Shown here: piece after piece, positions 56,446-64,000 of the stretch
How the letters are laid out: each line of letters opens with the position of its first letter
Numbering within the stretch: the stretch's first letter is position 1
Assembly (NCBI GenBank): GCA_965249005.1
Contig: CBDFLD010000023.1
Coordinates: forward strand, 495,219-559,218
Length of the DNA stretch: 64,000 bases
Reading direction: 5' to 3'
Source of the DNA: Acidobacteriota bacterium
GTDB taxonomy: Bacteria; Acidobacteriota; UBA6911
Made by a program: the position numbers and the translations under genes
Notes under the pieces: model-generated
Told to the model about the DNA's origin: nothing
Databases searched by the model: none
The model's input: only the letters and a program-made list of their open reading frames with translations

Positions 56446-57800
56446 GACGGTCGAGGCTCCGCCAACGTTTTCTCACTGCCGCTTGCGCTCGCTCGTGTCC
56501 ACTGGGTCATCTCGCCTAGCGCCTCCGCGACCTGCCGCTCATGCCGTTCCTTCCTGTTCCGGATCTTCGTTGCTTCCACCGAGGCTTGTGGCAGCAAACC
56601 GAAGCTGATATTTGCCGGTTGAAAGTTCTGCGGATCGGAAAAGGCAATGTAGTGAAGGAGGCTACCACATGCGGTGCCCCTCGGGGGAACGATGCAGTGC
56701 TGCTGCGTGGCAAGACGGGCCGCATTTATTCCTGCCAGGAGTCCAGTGGCAATCGATTCGACATATCCCTCGACTCCACAGATCTGGCCGGCAAACAACA
56801 TGTGATGATTCTCTCGCGCCTGAAGCGTGGGCTTCAAGACCCTTGGAGATTGTATGAATGTGTTGCGGTGAACCTGACCGAAACGTAGGAATTCGGCTTG
56901 ATCCAGACCGGGGATCATGCGCAAAACCCGCTTCTGTTCCGGAAATTTGAGATGGCATTGAAAACCAACCAGGTTATAGCTATCAGCCATGAGATTCTCG
57001 AGCCGAAGCTGGACCGCGGCATAGGGCCGACGCCCCGTTTTGGGATCTTGTAGCCCGACCGGTTTCATCGGCCCGAATCTCATGGTGTCGCGGCCCCGTC
57101 GCGCAAGCTCCTCGATGGGCAAGCACGCCTCGAAAAACATCGTCTTTTCGCACTCATGCAGCGCCACCGACTCGGCGCTGACCAGCGCGTCATAAAAGCG
57201 ATCATACTGCTGCTGATCCATCGGCGCGTTGAGATAGTCGTCCCCTCCCTTGCCGTATCGAGACGCGCTGAAGAGCTTGGTTTTGTCGATCGTGGTTGCA
57301 TCCACGATGGGTGAGATCGCATCGTAGAAAAAGAGGTGCTCGGCGCCTGTGAAACGCTCGATCGACCCGGCCAGCGCATGAGAGGTGAGCGGGCCGGTTG
57401 CGACCACACAGACAGCGCACTCGGGGAGCTCCTTTACCTCTTCTTCGACCCGATCGATGAGCAATTCCTGGTCGATCGCCTGCGTGATCCGGGAAGAAAA
57501 TTCTTCGCGGTCGACGGCAAGGGCCTGGCCGGCCGGAATGCGAATTTCGTCTGCCACCTCGATCAAAAGGCTTCCCAGCTGACGCAGTTCCTCTTTGAGC
57601 AAGAATGGTGCGCTCGAGGGCGTGTTCGATTTCAACGAGTTGCTACAGACGAGCTCCGCCAGCTTGGATGTCTTGTGGGCCACTGTTGGGACGGACGGAC
57701 GCATTTCGTACAAGCGGACGGGCAATCCTCTCCGGGCAATCTGCCAGGCCGCCTCCGAGCCGGCCAGTCCTCCGCCGATGACGACTATGTCGGTACCCAC
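56442..57800 (-). CDS. trmFO: Methylenetetrahydrofolate--tRNA-(U54-C5)-methyltransferase TrmFO.
   Basis: IVVIGGGLAGSEAAWQIARRG…CSNSLKS…; the length and conserved Cys are typical of TrmFO/Gid. 4-nt overlap with xerC, consistent with an operon. Confidence 0.9.
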   Translation of the reverse strand: MGTDIVVIGGGLAGSEAAWQIARRGLPVRLYEMRPSVPTVAHKTSKLAELVCSNSLKSNTPSSAPFLLKEELRQLGSLLIEVADEIRIPAGQALAVDREEFSSRITQAIDQELLIDRVEEEVKELPECAVCVVATGPLTSHALAGSIERFTGAEHLFFYDAISPIVDATTIDKTKLFSASRYGKGGDDYLNAPMDQQQYDRFYDALVSAESVALHECEKTMFFEACLPIEELARRGRDTMRFGPMKPVGLQDPKTGRRPYAAVQLRLENLMADSYNLVGFQCHLKFPEQKRVLRMIPGLDQAEFLRFGQVHRNTFIQSPRVLKPTLQARENHHMLFAGQICGVEGYVESIATGLLAGINAARLATQQHCIVPPRGTACGSLLHYIAFSDPQNFQPANISFGLLPQASVEATKIRNRKERHERQVAEALGEMTQWTRASASGSEKTLAEPRPS

Positions 57801-57914
57801 CTTCCCAAATTCCCCCTGAGAGTCGCTCAGCTATACGGGCGGCCGTTCGGCGACTTGTTCAACCCAGAATACTGAACCCAGCATACGGTAAGACCCCTAT
57901 GAACCATAGAGGAC

Positions 57915-59300
57915 TCAATGCACTCCTTCTCCATCTTCTCGCATCGCGTAAGGAATCCGCAGCTGCTTCATCTTGCGGTAGAGGTTGCTGCGCTCGATCT
58001 TCAGGGACTGGGCCGCCTGCCTCACGTTGCCTTTGTGCTCGGCCAGCTTGCTCAAGATGAAATCCTTTTCGAACTCTTCTCTGGCCTCTTGAAGGGAGCT
58101 CGGTTTCTCCTTTTGCCCCGATACGAACACCGTCTTCCGTAGCACCGATTCGGGAAGGTCAAAAACGTCAATCCGGGAACGCGGCGTCATTATGATGAAT
58201 CGTTCCATTACGTTCCGCAGTTCGCGAACATTTCCGGGCCACGGATAGGCCTGCATGACTTCTTGGGCTTTGGAGCTCATGGCCGGCGGTCGCTTGCCGT
58301 ATCGGTTGGCAAACAATTCGAGGTGATGCTGCATCAATTCCGGAATGTCTTCCTTGCGCTCGCGAAGCGGGGGAAGTTGGAACGGAATGACATTGAGTCG
58401 ATAGTATAGGTCCTCTCTAAAGCTACCCAACTCGATCTCTCTCTCGAGATCCTTGTTCGTAGACGCGATGACCCTCACGTCAACTCGGACTGAGCTCTTG
58501 CCGCCAACTGGAGTGAATTGCTGCTCCTCGAGCACGCGCAGGACCTTCGCCTGCGTCTTCGGGCTCATGTCTCCCACTTCGTCCAAAAAGAGCGTTCCCC
58601 CGTCGGCGAGAGAAAACTTCCCTTCCTTGTCTTCACTCGCTCCAGTGAACGAGCCCTTGACGTGACCAAAGAGCTCGCTCTCGATGAGCTCTTCGGGTAT
58701 GGCCGCACAGTTCATCTCTACGAAGGTCCGTTCGCTCCGTTGACTTCGGAGATGAAGCAAGTGAGCCACCAGCTCTTTCCCGGTACCGTTTTCTCCACAG
58801 ATCAACACCCGCCCGTTTGTTGGAGCGGCAAACTCTATCTGCTGCCGCAATGCCTGCATGGGGACTGAATCCCCGATCATGACGTACTTCCTGCTGATCT
58901 GTGCACGCAGGCTTCGATTTTCTTCTTCGAGCTCGCGCTGGTGGAGGGCGTTCTTGATTACCAGGAGCGTCTTTTCTAATGATAGAGGCTTCTCGACAAA
59001 ATCAAAGGCGCCGAGTTTTGTCGCTCGCACGGCGGATTCGATGGAGGCATGACCCGAAATCATGATGACGCTCACAAAGGGTGCGATCTTTCGGATACTC
59101 TCCAACACGGTCAGGCCATCCATGCCCGGAAGCCACACGTCGAGCAGCACAATGGAAAACTCCTGCCTGGCAAGAAGCGAGAGACACTCCTCTCCCGTCG
59201 AGACGCCGTGGGCATCGAACCCTTCGTCCTTCAGGATGGCAAGCAAGGAGGCCTGGACAGCCCGCTCATCATCCACCACAAGAATCGGCGCTTTGCTCAT
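57915..59300 (-). CDS. Sigma-54-dependent response regulator (NtrC/NtrX-like).
   Basis: REC domain (ILVVDDERAVQ…LLDVWLPGMDG), AAA+ GENGTGKE, GSFTGA, and a Fis-type HTH. Confidence 0.8.
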   Translation of the reverse strand: MSKAPILVVDDERAVQASLLAILKDEGFDAHGVSTGEECLSLLARQEFSIVLLDVWLPGMDGLTVLESIRKIAPFVSVIMISGHASIESAVRATKLGAFDFVEKPLSLEKTLLVIKNALHQRELEEENRSLRAQISRKYVMIGDSVPMQALRQQIEFAAPTNGRVLICGENGTGKELVAHLLHLRSQRSERTFVEMNCAAIPEELIESELFGHVKGSFTGASEDKEGKFSLADGGTLFLDEVGDMSPKTQAKVLRVLEEQQFTPVGGKSSVRVDVRVIASTNKDLEREIELGSFREDLYYRLNVIPFQLPPLRERKEDIPELMQHHLELFANRYGKRPPAMSSKAQEVMQAYPWPGNVRELRNVMERFIIMTPRSRIDVFDLPESVLRKTVFVSGQKEKPSSLQEAREEFEKDFILSKLAEHKGNVRQAAQSLKIERSNLYRKMKQLRIPYAMREDGEGVH

Positions 59301-59318
59301 AGTGAGGAATTGCTCTTT

Positions 59319-59357
59319 CCTGGTGCCTCTGGCACCTCGCCTGGTGCCTCTGGCACC
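59319..59357. promoter_or_regulatory. Two tandem 21-bp units, each containing the palindrome GGTGCC-tct-GGCACC, located 19-57 nt upstream of the response regulator start codon.
   Basis: Direct read: cctggtgcctctggcacc tcg cctggtgcctctggcacc gct. Confidence 0.4.
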
Positions 59358-59465
59358 GCTTCCTTTTCCTTTGGTACCTCTATCCCGAATACACTGACGC
59401 TCTCTTTCGCGACCTCACCTTATTAGCCCCACACGCAAACGTTACCGCCTTACGAACGGGAGTGC

Positions 59466-61727
59466 CTAGTTGGCCGCCAGCGGCAGATCGATGACGATCC
59501 GCGTTCCGAGTGGAATGTTCGGTTCCGCACTCACCTGCCCATGATGCTCGGTAACGATCTGACGAACGATGGCCAAGCCGAGGCCGGTTCCACCTTTTCG
59601 AGTAGAAAAGTACGGGAGAAACAGACTGTTCTGGTATTCATCTGGAAACCCCTTGCCGGTATCGGCAATCTCGATCCGAACGGAACCCTTCAGCGAATTC
59701 CTGGAGGTTTGGATTTGCAGGATCTTTGCGTGGGCGTTGTCCGCCATCGCTTCCAGAGCGTTATCGAAGAGGTTCCGAAACACTCGCTTCATCTGCTCTA
59801 CGTCCAGTTGAAGGTGGGGTAACGCCGAATCGAAGTTCTTTTGCAACCTGACGTCGACGAAGCGACCATTGTATAGATTCAATGTGTTGTCGAGAACTTC
59901 GTGTACATCCTCTTCCTGCAACCGCGCGACCGGCAGCCGAGCAAATCGAGTAAACTCATCGACTAGTGTCTTCAGCGACAACGCCTCCTGCGTGATGGTC
60001 CGGGTGCATTCCGTGACCAGGCTGTCAAAGCGGTTCCAGTCCTCAGTCCATTCCGGCCTTTTCTCGGCGGACTGTTGTATCTGGCGATAGCGGCGCAGGA
60101 TTCTCTCGGCAGACAGCTGGATCGGAGTCAGGGGGTTCTTGATCTCGTGGGCTAGTCGGCGCGCCACTTCCCGCCACGCCGTCATCTTTTCAGCCCGGAT
60201 GAGCTCGGTGACATCATCCATGACGATGACCCATCCGGAGCGCTCACCGCTGCCATCCACCAGCGGGGTCACGGTCGTCGCCATATGAAGCGTCTTGCTC
60301 GGAAGGGTAAGCTCGATGTCGCGAATTACGGGCCCCAACACGGCGGCCTTGTGGAGCAACATCTTCATGGTCTCATTTGCGGGACTCTGCAACACTTGGC
60401 CCAATGTCAGGTTCTCGATCGGACCCTTGATGTCCAGCATCTGGACCGCCGCCCGGTTGATGGTTCGAATGTTGAAACGGTTATCCAACGAAATGACACC
60501 GGTCGCGATCGTTTGCAGAATAGTTTCGATATAGCGCCGCCGGTCATCCAGCTCGACATTGGTCTGCCGAAGACTGTTCTGAGCCGCCTCGATGTTGGTC
60601 TTGTTTTCTTGGAGCTCGCCGGTCATCCCGTTGAACGAGTTCACCAGGCTGCCGAGCTCGTCGAATGCCTCGCACTGGACACGATAGTCCAGGTTCCCCA
60701 CGGCCACGGCCGCCGCCCCCTCCGCCAGAGCCTGGATCGGTCCTGTTATTCTCTTGGTCAAATACATCGCAACCCAGGCGAAGGCGAAGACGATCAGTAG
60801 CGTCGATAGCGCAAGAATCATGATGTAAGTAAAGCGAAGTGCGTTCTGCTCTTTCCGGAGCTGCTCGTAGGCCTCATAACCCTCCTTCACAGAGGACACC
60901 TGGAATTGCATGCTTTGTGAAATCAAAGACTCCGTCACCAACGCGCCCACGATATTGCCCGCCGAGTCCTGGATCGGGGCCGTCGCCCAAACTACTTCCC
61001 GAAACGGATCCATGGGCATGATTCGTTCCAGGTGCAAACGATTGGCCCCCTGGAGTGCGTCCCGGACGAGTTGTCCGATGCGCTCCTCGTGGTCCCGCGT
61101 CGAGATTCTCGTTCCTGCCTCGGCGGCAAGCTCGCCGGTCTGGTCGTATACTTGAGCTCCGCTAAACTCATATTGCCGGCACGCTTCCTCTAGCCTTGGC
61201 TGTAGGTCTCCTACACGGACGTCGTCGTGAACAATCGACGCCACAACGGTGCCCGTGAAGCGCTGGGCCTGCTCCTGCCGCTCCTGGTAGTACTGCTCCG
61301 CAATCGCCCGACTGTACTGCAACATCTGTCCTGCGGGTGCGCTAAACCACTGATCGATGGAGCTACTGATGAGAAAATACGCCAGAAAGAACAGCAGCGT
61401 GGCAGGCAGGAGAGAAAGCGCGACAAACGTACTCACGATCTTGGTCTTGAATCCGCTGCCGACTTGGCCGCTCTTCCTCTCAAAGTACAGTTTGATGAGG
61501 TTGCGGCCCAGAACGGTGACCAGGATGAGCAGCGCCAGAATCACCAGTACCGTGGCTGTCCACAGGACCCATGTGCCGCCGACAAACTTCGGACTCCCAA
61601 CCGATGTTTGATGCAGAAAAATTTGCGTTAGAACCAACGCCAGGGTCAAGAATGCGATGGTTCCAAGCACATAATGACGGGTTCGCGCCCCGTCTGTCGG
61701 CTGGTCGTTCTTGGTTGGGATCCACAT
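59466..61727 (-). CDS. NtrY-like sensor histidine kinase (multi-TM, HAMP, PAS, HisKA, HATPase).
   Basis: Four N-terminal transmembrane helices, HAMP, a PAS-like region, H-box LAHEIKNPLTPI, and G-boxes GTGLGLAIVRQIV. Confidence 0.75.
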   Translation of the reverse strand: MWIPTKNDQPTDGARTRHYVLGTIAFLTLALVLTQIFLHQTSVGSPKFVGGTWVLWTATVLVILALLILVTVLGRNLIKLYFERKSGQVGSGFKTKIVSTFVALSLLPATLLFFLAYFLISSSIDQWFSAPAGQMLQYSRAIAEQYYQERQEQAQRFTGTVVASIVHDDVRVGDLQPRLEEACRQYEFSGAQVYDQTGELAAEAGTRISTRDHEERIGQLVRDALQGANRLHLERIMPMDPFREVVWATAPIQDSAGNIVGALVTESLISQSMQFQVSSVKEGYEAYEQLRKEQNALRFTYIMILALSTLLIVFAFAWVAMYLTKRITGPIQALAEGAAAVAVGNLDYRVQCEAFDELGSLVNSFNGMTGELQENKTNIEAAQNSLRQTNVELDDRRRYIETILQTIATGVISLDNRFNIRTINRAAVQMLDIKGPIENLTLGQVLQSPANETMKMLLHKAAVLGPVIRDIELTLPSKTLHMATTVTPLVDGSGERSGWVIVMDDVTELIRAEKMTAWREVARRLAHEIKNPLTPIQLSAERILRRYRQIQQSAEKRPEWTEDWNRFDSLVTECTRTITQEALSLKTLVDEFTRFARLPVARLQEEDVHEVLDNTLNLYNGRFVDVRLQKNFDSALPHLQLDVEQMKRVFRNLFDNALEAMADNAHAKILQIQTSRNSLKGSVRIEIADTGKGFPDEYQNSLFLPYFSTRKGGTGLGLAIVRQIVTEHHGQVSAEPNIPLGTRIVIDLPLAAN

Positions 61728-61859
61728 AAAGGCCCACAGCTTCGCATTGGAAGTGGCTCGCCGAGAAGCTTACAAGGATTTCACCCCGCCGGCAAATCCC
61801 GCTGATTGAATTATAGCGAATGCTCCCCGCGGTTAAAAATTGAATTGGGGGCTGGCGAA

Positions 61860-62942
61860 ATGATTGACAGTCATATTGTTAACGTATACGCTGCCTTTCC
61901 TCGTCATGCAGATGTGAAGTCGGATCGGCTGGGAGGGGGCAAGTTGAAAGTGCTGATCACCGGGGGAGCGGGTTTTATCGGCTCCTATCTGTCTGAGGCG
62001 TATCTAAAGCGCGGTGATGAAGTCTACGTCATCGATGACCTCTCAACGGGCAACCGCGACAACATCGAGGGGCTTCTCGAGAATCGCCTCTTCCATTTCT
62101 CCAATGAAACCATTCTGAAGCGGGATTTGATGCTCGAGCTGGTCGGCACCTGCGATGTGATCGTCCATCTGGCGGCGGCGGTCGGCGTCCGGCTGATCAT
62201 CGAGGAACCTCTCAAGTCTCTGCACACGAATATCGTAGGGACCGAAATAGTATTGGAACTGGCGAACAAGTTTCGCAAAAAGATTCTGATCGCCTCGACC
62301 TCCGAGATATACGGCAGGAATTCCAAGGCTCCATTACATGAAGAAGAATCGAGAGTCTATGGACCCACCACGGTGGCCCGCTGGAGCTATGCCAGTTCCA
62401 AGGCTCTGGATGAATTCTTCGCGATCGCCTATTGGAAGACACAACATCTCCCCGTCGTTATTACCAGGCTTTTCAATACCGTCGGCCCCCGGCAAAGCGG
62501 TCGTTACGGAATGGTAATTCCCCGACTCGTGCGTCAGGCCCTGCGCCATGAGCCGCTCACCGTGTATGGAGACGGCGAGCAGACCCGCAACTTCACGTTT
62601 GTGAAGGACGTAGTCGACGGACTCATTGCGCTGATTGACGAACCCAGAGCCGTGGGAGAGGTCTTCAACATCGGAGGGGAAGGCGAAATCGCGATCAACA
62701 AGCTGGCACAGCAGATCAAGGATCTAACCGGCAGCAGCTCTGAAATCGTCCATATTCCTTACGATGAAGCATACGAGGAAGGCTTCGAGGACATGGAGCG
62801 CCGGGTTCCCGACATCGGCAAGATCAAAAAGCTGATCGGTTATGAAAACACGTACGATCTGGACAGAATCCTCTCAGAGGTCATCCAGTACGAGAGGATC
62901 CCGCTGATCTCCCGGCAGCGCTCGAAGAAAAGTGCCCGCTAG
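61860..62942 (+). CDS. NAD-dependent epimerase/dehydratase (UDP-glucuronate decarboxylase / dTDP-glucose dehydratase-like SDR). The start is ATG 61860 or 61806.
   Basis: KVLITGGAGFIGSYL Rossmann motif, and the catalytic YxxxK (YASSKAL). Confidence 0.75.
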   Translation: MIDSHIVNVYAAFPRHADVKSDRLGGGKLKVLITGGAGFIGSYLSEAYLKRGDEVYVIDDLSTGNRDNIEGLLENRLFHFSNETILKRDLMLELVGTCDVIVHLAAAVGVRLIIEEPLKSLHTNIVGTEIVLELANKFRKKILIASTSEIYGRNSKAPLHEEESRVYGPTTVARWSYASSKALDEFFAIAYWKTQHLPVVITRLFNTVGPRQSGRYGMVIPRLVRQALRHEPLTVYGDGEQTRNFTFVKDVVDGLIALIDEPRAVGEVFNIGGEGEIAINKLAQQIKDLTGSSSEIVHIPYDEAYEEGFEDMERRVPDIGKIKKLIGYENTYDLDRILSEVIQYERIPLISRQRSKKSAR

Positions 62943-63008
62943 CCAGCCTTTTCGAAGGGCTTCGCCCTTCGAAATTCCAAACTCCAAACTCTTGTGAGAG
63001 ATAAGGCT

Positions 63009-64000
63009 GTGCGCCCCATTACGGTTCTGATTCCTGCCCGCAACGCCGGCGCGACAATCGAGCGAGCGCTCCGCTCGGTAATGGCACAAGGCGATTTTCC
63101 CATCGTGCTGGTAGATGATTTTTCGAGCGACGACACCGTACTGATCGCCCGGGAGCTCTGCAGAGACCAGTTGCATGTCGTGCAAACCGAGACACACGGG
63201 ACGATTGGGATCGTACGCCAAACGGCCATCCAGGCGACCGACTCCCCTTACGCCGTCTGGCTGGATTCCGATGACGAATTCCTCCCCGAGCGAGTGCCGA
63301 GGATGCTGCAAGCTCTCCAAACGGACAAGGCGGATATCGTGTGCGACGGGGCCGAGCTTCACGATCCGTCCAGTCCGGTGGCAGTCCAGGTCCTCCCCAT
63401 TCCGGACTTCCTGAGAGCCCGTCATCCTCTGGCCCGGCTCTTCGAGCGGAATTACCTTCCAAGCATAGGAGCCCTGGGGGTTCGGGTCGCTTTCGCCCTG
63501 GAGATCGGCTACGACCCACTTCTGCACGGAGCCGAAGACCTCGACTTCATGCTTCGTGCCATTGCTGCGGGCGGAAGGGTCGGGCTCCTCGAATCCGTTG
63601 GCTATCGGATCCACGCACAGCCGGAAAGCCTATCGCGCCAGCTGCACAACCAGAGGAGAATGGTCCGCCAGTGTCTAGGCAAGCACGACTACCACGATAT
63701 CCGTCGTTTGTATTCGCAGGCCGGCTACTCCGGTCCTCTGACCCAATGGGGTTTGATTTCCGTTGCCATCTACCGGGAAGAGTATCATCGCGCCCTGCGG
63801 TGGGTTCTGGAGATCGAATCCGCCAACCCAGATGACAACCTTATCCTCGAGCCCGACGGCCCGGCTCCCTTTGTGGAGAGCTGGAGAATCCAATTTCATC
63901 GCGGCACCTTGCACCTGTATTTGGGACAGCTGACGGATTCGATTGCCTGCCTCGAAGCGGCCGAGGATATCCGGCCCTCGGCCGAGGGGGCAAACAATCT
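63009..64000 (+). CDS. Glycosyltransferase family 2, 5'-partial in the window (continues past the window end). Absent from the supplied ORF track.
   Basis: My translation from GTG 63009 (RBS AAGG) gives VRPITVLIPARNAGATIERALRSVMAQGDFPIVLVDDFSSDDT…AVWLDSDDEF… with no stop to 64000. This shows the GT2 N-terminal motifs and a DxD-like DSDD. Confidence 0.6.
   Translation, partial: MRPITVLIPARNAGATIERALRSVMAQGDFPIVLVDDFSSDDTVLIARELCRDQLHVVQTETHGTIGIVRQTAIQATDSPYAVWLDSDDEFLPERVPRMLQALQTDKADIVCDGAELHDPSSPVAVQVLPIPDFLRARHPLARLFERNYLPSIGALGVRVAFALEIGYDPLLHGAEDLDFMLRAIAAGGRVGLLESVGYRIHAQPESLSRQLHNQRRMVRQCLGKHDYHDIRRLYSQAGYSGPLTQWGLISVAIYREEYHRALRWVLEIESANPDDNLILEPDGPAPFVESWRIQFHRGTLHLYLGQLTDSIACLEAAEDIRPSAEGANN

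Noticed and set aside
59301-59465. Possible sigma-54 promoter within the GGCACC palindromes
   Set aside because: GG…GC spacing is 14 rather than 12, and no TTGC -12 element is present. The palindromes are reported as dyad repeats instead.
62874-63614. 246-aa minus-strand ORF
   Set aside because: Overlaps the epimerase 3' end and the plus-strand GT2 gene. The plus-strand frame carries GT2 motifs and continues to the window end.
1-64000. CRISPR arrays, tRNA or rRNA genes
   Set aside because: No regularly spaced direct repeats separated by unique spacers. No GGTTCGAATCC-type T-arm or cloverleaf candidates, and no rRNA-like stretches were found on reading the window.

Overview
This is a high-GC (roughly 60%) bacterial chromosomal segment, densely packed with housekeeping genes on both strands. 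Confident gene calls are nth (3' end), lepA, uvrA, gmhA, polA, glpD-like, ttcA, rnd, rnhA, dtd, dinG-family helicase, glyA, proS, xerC-like, trmFO and desaturase. It also contains three two-component systems (a sigma-54 regulator with a HAMP kinase, an OmpR-type pair, and an NtrY/NtrX-like pair) and an ECF sigma / zf-HC2 anti-sigma / HtrA-like operon. Cell-envelope and polysaccharide functions (GT4, two GT2, an NAD-epimerase, VWA, POTRA, TPR and HEAT proteins) are scattered through the window.

Two insertion sequences look recently transposed, because both have intact target-site duplications. The first is an IS256-family element (765-2070, direct repeat GCAACCTGC), inserted 8 nt upstream of a DUF1232 gene. 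The second is a roughly 2.0 kb IS1595-family unit (51663-53688) with perfect 23-bp inverted repeats and an 8-bp duplication TAAAAAAA. It carries a lower-GC passenger membrane-protein gene and sits 11 nt upstream of the proS start codon.

Other features worth a second look:
- A long palindromic hairpin repeat (arms GGGACGTCCCCCACGTTTCC) occurs at two loci, each between convergent genes.
- A truncated rpiB ends exactly at the glyA start codon.
- A minimal divergent pair of a sigma-70 region-4 protein and a 62-aa zf-HC2 protein has start codons only 23 bp apart.
- The HtrA-like protein in the ECF operon may be a pseudoprotease.
- A roughly 229-bp element bounded by 33-bp imperfect inverted repeats lies at 31845-32073.
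- Tandem palindromes occupy the ntrX-like leader.

I found no CRISPR array, no tRNA or rRNA, and no canonical defence system. The ORF track over-extends many N-termini and lists many antisense ORFs, as expected at this GC content. It also misses a GT2 gene that runs off the 3' end of the window.
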